Below, one piece after another: positions 31,533 through 41,946 of a stretch of DNA of 58,818 nucleotides. The stretch spans positions 1 to 58,818 of the forward strand of contig JAYVVW010000167.1 in NCBI GenBank assembly GCA_043786595.1. Direction: 5' to 3'. Made by a program: the position numbers and the translations under genes. Position 1 is the stretch's first letter, and every line of letters starts with the position of its first letter. The notes under the pieces were generated by a model. The model made no database searches. It saw only the letters and a list, made by a program, of their open reading frames with translations, and was not told the origin of the DNA. The stretch is from Sphingomonadales bacterium. Lineage in GTDB: Bacteria; Pseudomonadota; Alphaproteobacteria; Sphingomonadales; Sphingomonadaceae.

Positions 31533-31792
31533 GCGGCTTTCCTTACCTGCCTGTGATGCGCTCTGCTCCCAAAATTCTGTTTGCTCTAGCAGTAGTCATC
31601 TTTCTTACCAGTTTTCTGGGAGAGGGACTAAGCTTGACATTGCCAAACGCTTTCGAACCAGAAGTCGTGACTCGTGAGAAGACCGGGAAACTGTTCGCCG
31701 CCATTTCCTATGCTTTTTATAGTGCCTCTTTCCCTCTTTTCGGTGCCGCATTTTTGCATCGGTTGGATCATTTTATGGAGCGTCGGGGATGA
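31529..31792 (+). CDS. Two-TM hypothetical protein (cargo)
   Basis: ATGA overlap with nuoG stop; two hydrophobic segments. Confidence 0.65.
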   Translation: MSGFPYLPVMRSAPKILFALAVVIFLTSFLGEGLSLTLPNAFEPEVVTREKTGKLFAAISYAFYSASFPLFGAAFLHRLDHFMERRG

Positions 31793-32067
31793 ACAGGCGG
31801 CTTTACCAAGCATCGATGCGCTATGGATCTGTGATCCTGTTCGTCGGTTTTATTTTGACCTTTGTGACGGCGTTCGTATCGATTGGTTTGAGCTATATGC
31901 AGACTATGCAATTTTCATCCGAAAACTACCAGCCCGACGAATTCTGGCTGTTATTGCCTGCCTTTGCCATCCGCTCATTTGTCGACGCAATGGTTTATGC
32001 GTCTTTATTATTTTTGGGATCGGCTCTTTTGTGTCGTGCTGATTTGTGGTTGGAGTCGGCGGAATGA
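31789..32067 (+). CDS. Two-TM hypothetical protein (cargo), resembles 31529-31792
   Basis: ATGA overlap; ends LGSALLCRADLWLESAE*. Confidence 0.65.
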   Translation: MNRRLYQASMRYGSVILFVGFILTFVTAFVSIGLSYMQTMQFSSENYQPDEFWLLLPAFAIRSFVDAMVYASLLFLGSALLCRADLWLESAE

Positions 32068-32081
32068 ATTCAACTTTCTTC

Positions 32082-32177
32082 CTCCGCGTTTCCGCGTCTC
32101 CGCGTGAATCCGGCTCCACAATAGTATGTATTTCAACGTCAATTATTTCATTCGCGCGGAGACGCGGAGTCGCGGAG
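32082..32177. repeat. Tandem-unit inverted repeat (CTCCGCG)n-TGAAT...ATTCG-(CGCGGAG)n
   Basis: Three 8-bp-period units on each arm. Confidence 0.85.
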
Positions 32178-32191
32178 ATGGGGACTGTGTC

Positions 32192-33235
32192 ATGACCGCC
32201 TTTTTCCAATCGACCGTTCTCGGCACCTATGGTGGCTGGTTTGTGGCGAACCTCATTCTGGCTCTTCTCATCGCGTTGCCGCTGATGCTCGCGGTTGCGA
32301 TGATCATCTATGCCGAGCGCAAGTTATGGGCGGCGTTTGCGCTGCGGCGTGGGCCTAATGTCGTCGGGCCGTTCGGCGTATTGCAGAGCTTTGCTGACGG
32401 CCTCAAAGTCTTCCTTCAGGAAACGATCATCCCGAGCGCGGCGAACCGGGGTCTGTTCCTGATCGCGCCGATCATCACTTTCACCGTTGCGCTGATTGTG
32501 TGGGCGGTGATCCCATTTGGTGCGGGGATGATGCTTGCCGATATCAATGTAGGGCTGCTGTATATTCTCGCGGCGTCAAGCCTTGGTGTTTACGGCGTGA
32601 TCATCGCGGGCTGGGCGTCGAATTCCAAGTATCCGTTTTACTCCGCACTTCGCGCCGCCGCGCAGATGGTCAGCTATGAAGTGAGCATTGGCTTCATCCT
32701 GATTTCGGTTGTGCTGTGGTCGGGCAGCTTCAACATGAGCGTGATCGTCGAGATGCAGCGTTCGCATTTGTGGATCACCAATGGTTACGGCTTCAATCCG
32801 CTGTTTTTCCCCGTGGCGGTGATGTTTTTCATCTCCTCACTCGCCGAAACAGCGCGCGCGCCGTTTGATCTGACCGAGGCCGAAAGCGAGCTCGTCGCGG
32901 GGTATCAGACCGAATATAGCTCGATGGCGTTCGCGCTCTATTGGCTCGGCGAATATGCCAATGTGATTCTGATGTGCACGCTCAACGCGATCCTGTTCTG
33001 GGGCGGCTATCTCCCCCCGATCGATTGGGCGCCGCTTTACGTCGTGCCGGGATTTGTCTGGCTGTTCATCAAGTTTTTGGTGTTTTTCTTCCTCTTTGCG
33101 TGGGTGAAGGCCACCGTGCCGCGCTACCGCTATGACCAATTGATGCGGCTGGGGTGGAAGGTGTTTCTGCCGATCTCGCTGTTGTGGGTGGTGCTGGTGA
33201 GCGGGTATTTGATGCTGACGAGATATGGGGGATGA
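32192..33235 (+). CDS. nuoH: NADH-quinone oxidoreductase subunit H
   Basis: [36 protein letters not shown]. Confidence 0.97.
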   Translation: MTAFFQSTVLGTYGGWFVANLILALLIALPLMLAVAMIIYAERKLWAAFALRRGPNVVGPFGVLQSFADGLKVFLQETIIPSAANRGLFLIAPIITFTVALIVWAVIPFGAGMMLADINVGLLYILAASSLGVYGVIIAGWASNSKYPFYSALRAAAQMVSYEVSIGFILISVVLWSGSFNMSVIVEMQRSHLWITNGYGFNPLFFPVAVMFFISSLAETARAPFDLTEAESELVAGYQTEYSSMAFALYWLGEYANVILMCTLNAILFWGGYLPPIDWAPLYVVPGFVWLFIKFLVFFFLFAWVKATVPRYRYDQLMRLGWKVFLPISLLWVVLVSGYLMLTRYGG

Positions 33236-33693
33236 TTGGAACGATCCTATTTTTTGCTTCGTCAGTTGCTCAGGTTGCGACTTTTGATTGTTCGATGGTG
33301 ACGAGTTCGGTGGGCGGGCAGCCAGTGGGCGGCCAACCTTATCTCATATATGCCAACGGTAAATGGATCCCAGACCGATATGACGAGTTGATCACACTAC
33401 CCCGTTGGGCTGTCGATGGTGAGGCTTCAATTCGCATTAGCGATGTTGGCCGTCTTCGAGTTGAGAGTCGCGCTCCCCTTCAGACGGTTTTAGAAAACGC
33501 TGATGGTATAACCCTATCTTTCGGGTACCCCGGCCATGGGGGTGAAATGAGATTTAGTAGCTGGACGAGCAAATTAGCTAATTGGCGCACAGAGTCGCTT
33601 ACTCACCATGCTGGCACTGTTATTAGTGATGGCACCTGCAAAATTTTGAAACTCAAAAGGCCATCCCGTTCCTTCATTAGGAAAATGCAATGA
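33232..33693 (+). CDS. Hypothetical, probably exported protein (cargo)
   Basis: ATGA overlap with nuoH stop; short signal-like N-terminus; two Cys. Confidence 0.65.
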   Translation: MIGTILFFASSVAQVATFDCSMVTSSVGGQPVGGQPYLIYANGKWIPDRYDELITLPRWAVDGEASIRISDVGRLRVESRAPLQTVLENADGITLSFGYPGHGGEMRFSSWTSKLANWRTESLTHHAGTVISDGTCKILKLKRPSRSFIRKMQ

Positions 33694-33709
33694 TCGCCCA
33701 ACGTATAGA

Positions 33710-33840
33710 AAATTCCTCCCCGGCACGGGGAGGTGGCATGCTTAGCATGACGGAGGGGCAGTCACTTGCGCACTGTCTGCTGCATCCTGCCCCACCACCA
33801 CCCTTCGGGCGGTCCCCCTCCCCGTACCGGGGAGGAATTT
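33710..33840. repeat. 131-bp palindromic MITE/REP-like element
   Basis: 24-bp terminal inverted repeats AAATTCCTCCCCGG(C/T)ACGGGGAGG with one mismatch, each itself a hairpin. Confidence 0.85.
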
Positions 33841-33844
33841 CGCT

Positions 33845-34333
33845 GTGAACCAAATCACCCATCTCATCAAAACCTTCACGCTGTGGGAGTTCATCAAAGC
33901 CCACGCGCTGACCTTGAAATACTTCTTCAAGGAGAAGGCGACAATCAACTATCCGTTTGAGAAGAACCCGCTGTCGCCGCGCTTTCGCGGTGAACATGCG
34001 CTGCGCCGTTATCCCAGTGGCGAGGAGCGCTGCATCGCGTGCACGCTGTGTGAGGCCGTCTGCCCGGCACAGGCGATCACGATTGAGGCGGAACCGCGCG
34101 AGGATGGCAGCAGGCGGACGACGCGTTACGACCTGGATATGACGAAGTGCATTTTCTGCGGCTTCTGTGTCGAAGCCTGTCCGGTTGACGCGATCGTCGA
34201 GGGGCCGAACTTTGAATATGCAACCGAAACGCGCGAGGAACTGCTGTATGACAAGAGCAAGCTTCTCGACAACGGCGACAAATGGGAACGCGCGATTGCT
34301 GCAAACCTTGCCGCCGATGCACCGTACCGATAG
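33845..34333 (+). CDS. nuoI: NADH-quinone oxidoreductase subunit I
   Basis: Two CxxCxxCxxxCP motifs; PRFRGEH. Confidence 0.98.
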   Translation: MNQITHLIKTFTLWEFIKAHALTLKYFFKEKATINYPFEKNPLSPRFRGEHALRRYPSGEERCIACTLCEAVCPAQAITIEAEPREDGSRRTTRYDLDMTKCIFCGFCVEACPVDAIVEGPNFEYATETREELLYDKSKLLDNGDKWERAIAANLAADAPYR

Positions 34334-34363
34334 AGGGCGCGCTGTGAGAATAACCGCTTCCCC

Positions 34364-34452
34364 CCTTTGCGCCTTTGCGCCTTTGCGTGAGCTAAATTCC
34401 ACGCTCGGGGACGCACGGTCGCTGAGTATTTTTTCACGCAAAGGCGCAAAGG
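34364..34452. repeat. Tandem-unit inverted repeat (CTTTGCG)n-TGAG...TTCA-(CGCAAAG)n
   Basis: Three units on the left arm, two on the right, 8-bp period. Confidence 0.85.
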
Positions 34453-34463
34453 GGAATCTTATC

Positions 34464-35078
34464 ATGATACAGATTCTCGCCTTTTATCTGTTCGCGACAC
34501 TGGTGCTGATGTCGGGCGCGCTGACGATCCTTTCGCGTAATCCTGTGCACAGCGTGTTGTGGCTGATCGTGGCGTTTTTTAACGCGGCCGGGTTGATGCT
34601 GATCATCGGCGCGGAGTTTATCGCGATGCTGCTGGTCATCGTTTATGTCGGCGCGGTTGCGGTGCTGTTTCTGTTCGTGGTGATGATGCTCGACATTGAT
34701 TTTGCTGAAATGCGCAGCGGCTTTGCGCGCTACGGGGTATTTGGCGCGGCGATTGCAGCGTTGCTGGCTGCCGAGCTGATCATTGCTGGCGGTGCGCGGG
34801 GTGCGGGCGCGATTGCGCTATCGCAGCGGATGGGGCCGGTGACCGAAGGCGTATCGAATACTGCCGCACTCGGCGCGCTGATCTACACGCGCTATCTGTA
34901 TATTTTTGAGGCCGCAGGGCTGGTACTGCTCGTCGCGCTGATCGGCGCGGTGGTGCTGACGCACCGTGAACGCGGCGGCACGCTGGCGCAGAATATCAGT
35001 GATCAGGTGCGGCGTCGCCCGCAGGATGCGACACGCACCGTCACTGATCAGGCCGTCGGCGCGGGGGTGGAATTGTGA
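34464..35078 (+). CDS. nuoJ: NADH-quinone oxidoreductase subunit J
   Basis: [26 protein letters not shown]. Confidence 0.96.
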   Translation: MIQILAFYLFATLVLMSGALTILSRNPVHSVLWLIVAFFNAAGLMLIIGAEFIAMLLVIVYVGAVAVLFLFVVMMLDIDFAEMRSGFARYGVFGAAIAALLAAELIIAGGARGAGAIALSQRMGPVTEGVSNTAALGALIYTRYLYIFEAAGLVLLVALIGAVVLTHRERGGTLAQNISDQVRRRPQDATRTVTDQAVGAGVEL

Positions 35079-35380
35079 TCACGCTTAACCATTATCTCGC
35101 GGTCAGTGCGATCCTGTTCGTGATGGGGGTGCTCGGCATTTTCATCAACCGCAAGAATATCATCATCATCCTGATGGCGATTGAATTGATCCTGTTGTCG
35201 GTCAATATCAACCTTGTCGCGTTCAGCGCGTTTCTGGGTGATTTGGTCGGGCAGGTATTTGCGATGTTCGTGCTGACCGTTGCGGCGGGCGAGGCGGCGA
35301 TCGGACTTGCTATTCTGGTTATTTTCTTCCGTGGGCGCGGATCAATTGCGGTTGATGACGTCAACCGGATGAAGGGGTGA
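35075..35380 (+). CDS. nuoK: NADH-quinone oxidoreductase subunit K
   Basis: [20 protein letters not shown]. Confidence 0.96.
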   Translation: MITLNHYLAVSAILFVMGVLGIFINRKNIIIILMAIELILLSVNINLVAFSAFLGDLVGQVFAMFVLTVAAGEAAIGLAILVIFFRGRGSIAVDDVNRMKG

Positions 35381-35423
35381 TGATGTCTGATTGCGTTATT
35401 TCGCGCATGACGGGGGTGCAGGC

Positions 35424-37445
35424 GTGAATAGCATTACCTTGATCGTATTTCTACCGCTGCTCGCTGCGATTGTCGCGGGGCTGGGTAACCGGATGCTCGG
35501 TAATACCGTCGCCAAGTGCATCACGACGGGCGCGCTGTTTGCTTCGTGCGCGCTTAGCTGGCCCGTGTTTATCAGTTTTCTCAATGGTTCGGGTGTTGCA
35601 GGTGTCGTGCCCGTGTTCGATTTCATCCGCTCGGGCAATATGGACGTCACCTGGGCGCTACGCGTTGATACGCTGACCGCTGTGATGCTCGTTGTCGTGA
35701 CGAGCGTGTCGAGCCTCGTCCATCTGTATAGCTGGGGTTATATGGCAGACGACGACAGCCAGCCGCGCTTTTTCGCTTATCTCTCACTGTTTACCTTCGC
35801 GATGCTGTTGCTCGTCACGTCAGACAGCCTGGTGCAGATGTTCGTCGGCTGGGAAGGTGTGGGGCTTGCATCCTATCTGCTGATCGGTTTCTGGTATCAC
35901 AAGCCAAGCGCAAATGCCGCCGCGATCAAGGCGTTTGTCGTCAACCGCGTCGGCGATTTTGGCTTTTCGCTCGGAATATTTGGCACATTTCTAGTGTTTG
36001 GCACGGTCTCAATCCCCGATATTCTGGCGGCAGCTCCCGGCATGGCGGGCAGCACGATGGGTTTCCTTGGCTACCGTATTGATACGATGACTTTGCTGTG
36101 TATCCTGCTGTTCATCGGCGCGTGCGGCAAATCGGCGCAGCTTGGGCTTCACACATGGCTGCCCGACGCGATGGAGGGGCCAACGCCGGTATCCGCGCTC
36201 ATCCATGCGGCAACGATGGTGACCGCCGGTGTGTTCATGGTGTGCCGCCTTTCTCCGATGTTCGAAGCAAGCCCGACCGCGCTAAGCATCGTGACCTATG
36301 TCGGTGCCGCGACCGCGCTGTTTGCGGCAACGGTTGGTACGACCCAGACCGATATCAAGCGGGTGATCGCCTATTCCACCTGTTCGCAGCTTGGCTACAT
36401 GTTCTTTGCCGCAGGCGTCGGCGCGTATAACGCCGCGATGTTTCACCTGTTTACGCACGCTTTTTTCAAGGCGTTGCTGTTCCTCGGCGCGGGCAGCGTG
36501 ATCCACGCGATGCATCATGAGCAGGACATGCGCTATTACGGTGCGCTGCGGAAACATATCCCGCTGACCTTTTGGGCGATGATGGCGGGAACGCTGGCAA
36601 TCACAGGTGTCGGGATCGCAGGACTGTTTGGTTTTGCCGGTTTCTATTCAAAAGATGCGATCATCGAAGCGACCTATGCCAGCGGCACGCCGCACGGTTA
36701 TTTTGCATTCGGTGTCGCGGTGTTCGCAGCACTTTTGACGAGTTTTTATTCATGGCGGCTGATGTTTTTGACATTTTACGGCGCGCCGCGCTGGTCACAG
36801 TCCGAACATATCCAACATGCAGCGCACGACAATCACCACGACGATAACACGCACGCAGCACATACGCATGATGACGGCACGGCGGGTTATCATCCGCATG
36901 AAAGCCCCTATTCAATGCTGGTTCCGCTCGGTCTGCTTTCGGTTGGTGCGATGTTTGCGGGATTTGTATTCCACGATCAATTCCTCAGCGCTGAACACGG
37001 TGCGGCTTTCTGGAACGCCAGCCTGTCGTTCAATGCGCATCTGATGCACGAGATGCACGGCGTGCCGATGCTTGTGAAACTATCGGCGACGATTGTGATG
37101 CTGATCGGCCTCGCGCTAGCCTGGATGGCGTATATCAGAGACACGACAATCCCTTCGCGCTTTACCGCGCAGTTCGGGCCGCTCTACCGCTTCCTGCTCA
37201 ACAAATGGTATTGGGATGAGCTGTATGACTTGCTGTTCGTGCGGCCCTCGTTTGCGCTGGGCCGGCTATTCTGGAAACGCGGCGATCAGGGCTTGATTGA
37301 CCGTTTTGGGCCTAATGGCTCGGCCGCGGTCGTGATGCAGGGCAGCCGCCTCGCTGCGAAATTCCAGTCGGGCTATTTGGCAACCTATGCGCTTGTCATG
37401 CTGATGGGGCTTGTCGCCGTCGCAACCTGGGCGATGACACGATGA
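35424..37445 (+). CDS. nuoL: NADH-quinone oxidoreductase subunit L
   Basis: [37 protein letters not shown]. Confidence 0.97.
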   Translation: MNSITLIVFLPLLAAIVAGLGNRMLGNTVAKCITTGALFASCALSWPVFISFLNGSGVAGVVPVFDFIRSGNMDVTWALRVDTLTAVMLVVVTSVSSLVHLYSWGYMADDDSQPRFFAYLSLFTFAMLLLVTSDSLVQMFVGWEGVGLASYLLIGFWYHKPSANAAAIKAFVVNRVGDFGFSLGIFGTFLVFGTVSIPDILAAAPGMAGSTMGFLGYRIDTMTLLCILLFIGACGKSAQLGLHTWLPDAMEGPTPVSALIHAATMVTAGVFMVCRLSPMFEASPTALSIVTYVGAATALFAATVGTTQTDIKRVIAYSTCSQLGYMFFAAGVGAYNAAMFHLFTHAFFKALLFLGAGSVIHAMHHEQDMRYYGALRKHIPLTFWAMMAGTLAITGVGIAGLFGFAGFYSKDAIIEATYASGTPHGYFAFGVAVFAALLTSFYSWRLMFLTFYGAPRWSQSEHIQHAAHDNHHDDNTHAAHTHDDGTAGYHPHESPYSMLVPLGLLSVGAMFAGFVFHDQFLSAEHGAAFWNASLSFNAHLMHEMHGVPMLVKLSATIVMLIGLALAWMAYIRDTTIPSRFTAQFGPLYRFLLNKWYWDELYDLLFVRPSFALGRLFWKRGDQGLIDRFGPNGSAAVVMQGSRLAAKFQSGYLATYALVMLMGLVAVATWAMTR

Positions 37446-38968
37446 GCGGTTTTCCGATGCTTTCGACGATGATTGCCGTGCCGATGGTGGCAGCGATCCT
37501 GTGCTTGTTCGTCACGGCGGAACGCGCGCGGTGGATCGCGCTGGTCGCAACGTTGATCACCTTCATGCTCGGCATCTCGCTCTGGGTTGGCTATCAGTTG
37601 GACGGCGCGCAGTGGCAGTTTGCTGAGCGCGTCGCGCTGTTCGGGCGTTTCGAATGGGCGTTAGGGATCGACGGTATCGCGCTGATGCTGATCATGCTGT
37701 CGGTGTTCCTGATGCCGATCTGCATCCTTGCCAGTTGGGAAGCGATCACCAAACGCGTGCCCGAATATATGGCGGCGTTCCTGCTGATGGAGGCGCTGAT
37801 GATCGGCGTCTTTTCGGCGCAAGATCTGTTTCTGTTTTACATTTTCTTTGAGGCGGGTCTCATCCCGATGTACCTGATCATCGGAATATGGGGCGGCGCC
37901 GAGCGCATCTACGCCAGCTATAAATTCTTCCTCTATACGCTGCTCGGATCGGTGCTGATGCTGATCGCGATGCTTTGGATGGCACGTGAGGCGGGAACGA
38001 CCTTCATTCCGACGCTGATGGAATATGATTTCCCTGTTGCCGCGCAGAGATGGTTGTGGCTGGCATTCTTCACAAGCTTTGCAGTGAAAATGCCGATGTG
38101 GCCTGTTCACACCTGGTTGCCCGATGCGCACGTTCAGGCGCCAACGGCGGGTTCGGTGATTTTGGCGGGCGTGTTGCTCAAAATGGGCGGCTACGGTTTC
38201 ATCCGTTTCTCGCTGCCGATGTTTCCTGAAGCGTCGGCGCAGCTTGTGTGGGTGGTATTCGGTCTCTCTATGGTTGCGGTGGTCGTAACGTCGCTAATCG
38301 CGCTGGTGCAGCACGACATGAAAAAACTGATTGCCTATTCGTCGGTCGCGCATATGGCGTTTGTAACGATCGGCCTGTTCGCATTTAACCGGCAGGGAAT
38401 CGAAGGCGCGATGCTCGTCATGCTTAGCCACGGGCTTGTATCGGGCGCGCTTTTCCTGTGCGTGGGCGTGATTTATGACCGGCTGCACACACGCGAGATT
38501 GATCGCTACGGCGGGCTTTCGAATAATATGCCGCGATACGCGCTGTTCTTCATGCTGTTTACTATGGCGAGCGTGGGCTTGCCCGGAACGAGCGGCTTTG
38601 TCGGCGAATTCTTGTCGCTTGTTGGCGCTTATGAAGCCAATAGCTGGGTTGCCGCAGTGGCAACGACGGGGATCATCCTTGGTGCAGGCTACATGCTTTA
38701 CCTTTACCGCCGCGTTGCCTTTGGCACATCGCATAACGCCGATGCCGCCGCGATGCCCGATCTGACGCCGCGCGAATATCTGCTGCTTGCCCCGATTGCT
38801 GCGGTTGTGCTGTGGATGGGCGTCTACCCCGAAAGTTTCATTGCGCCGATGCGCCGCGACGTTGGGACAGTGCTCGCGCGGATTGCACCGGCAACGCCAG
38901 AGGGTGATGCGAAAATCACTATGGGTAAAGCGCCAGCCGCCGCCGCGCACCACGGGGAAGCCCATTGA
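37442..38968 (+). CDS. nuoM: NADH-quinone oxidoreductase subunit M
   Basis: [21 protein letters not shown]. Confidence 0.97.
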   Translation: MSGFPMLSTMIAVPMVAAILCLFVTAERARWIALVATLITFMLGISLWVGYQLDGAQWQFAERVALFGRFEWALGIDGIALMLIMLSVFLMPICILASWEAITKRVPEYMAAFLLMEALMIGVFSAQDLFLFYIFFEAGLIPMYLIIGIWGGAERIYASYKFFLYTLLGSVLMLIAMLWMAREAGTTFIPTLMEYDFPVAAQRWLWLAFFTSFAVKMPMWPVHTWLPDAHVQAPTAGSVILAGVLLKMGGYGFIRFSLPMFPEASAQLVWVVFGLSMVAVVVTSLIALVQHDMKKLIAYSSVAHMAFVTIGLFAFNRQGIEGAMLVMLSHGLVSGALFLCVGVIYDRLHTREIDRYGGLSNNMPRYALFFMLFTMASVGLPGTSGFVGEFLSLVGAYEANSWVAAVATTGIILGAGYMLYLYRRVAFGTSHNADAAAMPDLTPREYLLLAPIAAVVLWMGVYPESFIAPMRRDVGTVLARIAPATPEGDAKITMGKAPAAAAHHGEAH

Positions 38969-40407
38969 TGACCGCTTACCAAAGCCTTGCGCTCACCGCG
39001 CCTGAACTCATTCTCTCGCTCGGTGCGCTCGCGCTGTTGATGGTCGCAGCCTTTGCCGGTGATCGTGCGACACGGCTTGTGACGTGGCTGGCAGTGGCGC
39101 TGTTTGGCGTGGCTGCGCTCAGTTTGCTCGGTGTAGCAGGCACTGGCGGCGATGCCTTTGACGGATTGTACCGCGCCGATGCGTTTGGCCGTTTCGCCAA
39201 GATTTTGATATATGCGGCTGCCGCCGTATCGCTGATGATCGCGCCGCGCTTTTTTGAACATGAGGATAAGCTACGCGCAGAATATCCTGTGCTGATCCTG
39301 CTGTCAGCAGCAGGCATGGGGATGATGGTTTCAGCGACCGATTTCCTGACGCTCTATGTCGGGCTAGAGCTTCAGAGCCTAGCTGCCTACGTGCTTGCCA
39401 GCTTCATGCGCAAAGACTTGCGATCGGCCGAAGCGGGTCTCAAATATTTCGTGCTCGGTGCGCTGGCGAGCGGCATCCTGCTTTACGGTATTTCGCTGCT
39501 TTACGGCTTTTCGGGTACGACAAGCTTCGCAGGCGTTGCCGCTGTCATGCGCGGCGACATGTCGATTGGCCTGACATTTGGCCTTGTGTTCGTGATATCG
39601 GGTCTGGCGTTCAAAATTGCTGCCGTGCCGTTTCATATGTGGACGCCCGACGTCTATGAAGGCGCGCCGACGCCCGTGACAATCTTTTTTGCGTCGGCAC
39701 CCAAGGTTGCCGCGATGGCGATGCTTGTGCGCGTCGCGGTCAGCGCGATGGGGCCGTCAACAGAGGCATGGCAACAGATTGTAATTTTTACCAGCCTTGC
39801 ATCAATCCTGCTCGGCGCTTTCGGGGCGATCGGGCAAAGCAATATCAAACGGTTGCTGGCTTACTCATCGATCAATAACGTCGGTTTCGCGCTTGTCGGA
39901 CTGGCTGCGGGTACCGAGGCGGGTGTGGCGTCTGTGATGTCGTACATGGCGATCTATATTGTGATGACGCTCGGCAGCTTCATCTGTGTGCTGCAAATGC
40001 GCGATTTGAACGGCAATCAGATTGAGGCGATCTCAAGCCTCTCGGGGCTATCGCAATCACGTAAAGGCTTGGCAGCAGCGCTCGCGATCTTCATGTTCAG
40101 CCTCGCTGGTATTCCGCCGCTATTCGGTTTCTGGGGTAAATTTTTGGTGTTCGACGCCGCCGTTGCAGCAGGCTTTCTCCCGCTCGCCGCCATCGGGATT
40201 GCGTCGTCGGTCATCGGCGCATATTATTACCTCAAGATCATCAAGACGATGTACTTCGATGAGCCAGCACCGGTTAATTTCGCGCCCGCCGCAAGCCGCA
40301 TTGAAAGCGGACTGATCGCGGTCGCAGCGGCGATCCTTCTGGTTGGCTATCTCGCGATCCCAATACTCAGTTCAACGGCGAATGCCGCAGCCAAGGCGCT
40401 GTTCTGA
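38968..40407 (+). CDS. nuoN: NADH-quinone oxidoreductase subunit N
   Basis: EAGLKYF, PFHMWTPDVYEGAP. Confidence 0.97.
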   Translation: MTAYQSLALTAPELILSLGALALLMVAAFAGDRATRLVTWLAVALFGVAALSLLGVAGTGGDAFDGLYRADAFGRFAKILIYAAAAVSLMIAPRFFEHEDKLRAEYPVLILLSAAGMGMMVSATDFLTLYVGLELQSLAAYVLASFMRKDLRSAEAGLKYFVLGALASGILLYGISLLYGFSGTTSFAGVAAVMRGDMSIGLTFGLVFVISGLAFKIAAVPFHMWTPDVYEGAPTPVTIFFASAPKVAAMAMLVRVAVSAMGPSTEAWQQIVIFTSLASILLGAFGAIGQSNIKRLLAYSSINNVGFALVGLAAGTEAGVASVMSYMAIYIVMTLGSFICVLQMRDLNGNQIEAISSLSGLSQSRKGLAAALAIFMFSLAGIPPLFGFWGKFLVFDAAVAAGFLPLAAIGIASSVIGAYYYLKIIKTMYFDEPAPVNFAPAASRIESGLIAVAAAILLVGYLAIPILSSTANAAAKALF

Positions 40408-41114
40408 CACCTGTCATCCGCGCAGTTGCCGCTACAGGCTCTACCAATGCCGATATGATCGCGCTTGCGGCGTCGGGGCTTGGTGAGGGCCATTGGCTCC
40501 GTGCCGATCAGCAATCAGGCGGGCGCGGGCGCATGGGGCGCATGTGGCAATCGCCGCCGGGCAACCTTTACGCAAGCACAGTCGTTCGCCTCCGCGTGGG
40601 CGATCCGCCGCCTGCAACGCTTGCGCTCATGACCGTGGTTGCGTTAGCCGAAGTTGTTGCTGCCTATGCGCCGTCGGCTGAACTCATGATCAAATGGCCA
40701 AACGATGTGTTGATTGGTGGGGCCAAGCTTGGCGGCATATTGCTTGAACGTAGCGGCGACTGCGTCATTGTAGGTATCGGGGCCAATCTGGCACATCATC
40801 CTGCTGGGCTAGACCGCGCGGTGACAAGCCTTGGCGCGCACGGTGCAGTGCCCGATGCTGCTGTCTTTTGTGAGGATTTGGCGGGGTCTTTTGCGCGCTG
40901 GCTTGATCAGTGGCGCGGTGTCGGGCTGGCCCCGGTGCGCAAGGCTTGGCTTGACCTGGCGCATCCGTTAGGCACCGCGCTGATTGCGAACTTGTCCGAC
41001 GGCGTGTCGCATGCAGGTCTGTTTGACGGCTTGACCGATGACGGCGCGTTGCGGTTGCGCTTGGCGGATGGCCGCGTTCATGTCATTCACGCCGCCGACG
41101 TTTTTTTGTTGTAA
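40404..41114 (+). CDS. birA: Biotin--protein ligase (group I, no HTH domain)
   Basis: TGSTN, GRGRMGR.W, KWPND, KLGGIL; start inferred at CTG 40404 (first ATG is 40455). Confidence 0.9.
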   Translation: MTPVIRAVAATGSTNADMIALAASGLGEGHWLRADQQSGGRGRMGRMWQSPPGNLYASTVVRLRVGDPPPATLALMTVVALAEVVAAYAPSAELMIKWPNDVLIGGAKLGGILLERSGDCVIVGIGANLAHHPAGLDRAVTSLGAHGAVPDAAVFCEDLAGSFARWLDQWRGVGLAPVRKAWLDLAHPLGTALIANLSDGVSHAGLFDGLTDDGALRLRLADGRVHVIHAADVFLL

Positions 41115-41123
41115 GGGGGGATC

Positions 41124-41900
41124 ATGCTGCTCGCGATTGATGCCGGAAATACCAATGTCGTTTTTGCTTTGCTTGACGGGCGCGAAATCAAAGCGCGGTG
41201 GCGAATTGCGACCGATGCGCGGCGGACGGCGGACGAATACGCCGTGTGGCTATCGCAGCTTCTGACGCTGACGGGCTACACGATCGCCGACATTGAGGCC
41301 GTGATCATTGCCACCGTCGTTCCGCGCGCGCTCCACAATCTCAGCGTACTCGCGACCAAATATTTCAAGACCGAGCCGCTGATCGCGGGTCGCGCGCCCG
41401 TTGAATGGGGGATCGACCTTGATGTTTCCGAACCGCAGAGCGTTGGCGCAGACCGCGCGGTCAATTGCATCGCGGCACATGCCAATCACGCAGGCCACCT
41501 GATCATTATCGATTTCGGCACAGCGACAACATTCGACTGGGTATCGCCGACAGGTTCTTACAAGGGCGGGATCATCGCACCGGGGATCAACCTGTCGCTC
41601 GACGCGCTGGTGAATGCGACGGCGAAGTTGCCACGGATTGCAATTGAGGCGCCCGAAACGGCGACCGTGATGGGGCGGACAACCGAAAGCCAGATGCTCA
41701 TTGGCGTTTACTGGGGTTATATCGCTTTGATCGAAGGGCTCGTCGCGCGGATGAAGGCGGAAATAGGCGCACCGGCCACGGTCATAGCGACCGGCGGTCT
41801 CGCCACGATATTTGAAACGCACAGCAATATTTTTGATGCGCTAGACCCCGATTTGACGATTCACGGCCTTGCCATCATGTACGAACGCGTGAAGGGCTAA
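41124..41900 (+). CDS. coaX: Type III pantothenate kinase
   Basis: DAGNTN, GADR, DFGTATT, ATGG. Confidence 0.94.
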   Translation: MLLAIDAGNTNVVFALLDGREIKARWRIATDARRTADEYAVWLSQLLTLTGYTIADIEAVIIATVVPRALHNLSVLATKYFKTEPLIAGRAPVEWGIDLDVSEPQSVGADRAVNCIAAHANHAGHLIIIDFGTATTFDWVSPTGSYKGGIIAPGINLSLDALVNATAKLPRIAIEAPETATVMGRTTESQMLIGVYWGYIALIEGLVARMKAEIGAPATVIATGGLATIFETHSNIFDALDPDLTIHGLAIMYERVKG

Positions 41901-41946
41901 CGCGAATGCGGGCCACCGCAAATTTTGAAGACTGGACAGTATTTTA

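Noticed and set aside
36805-36900. His/Asp-rich stretch in NuoL
   Set aside because: His-rich loops at this position are common in alphaproteobacterial NuoL
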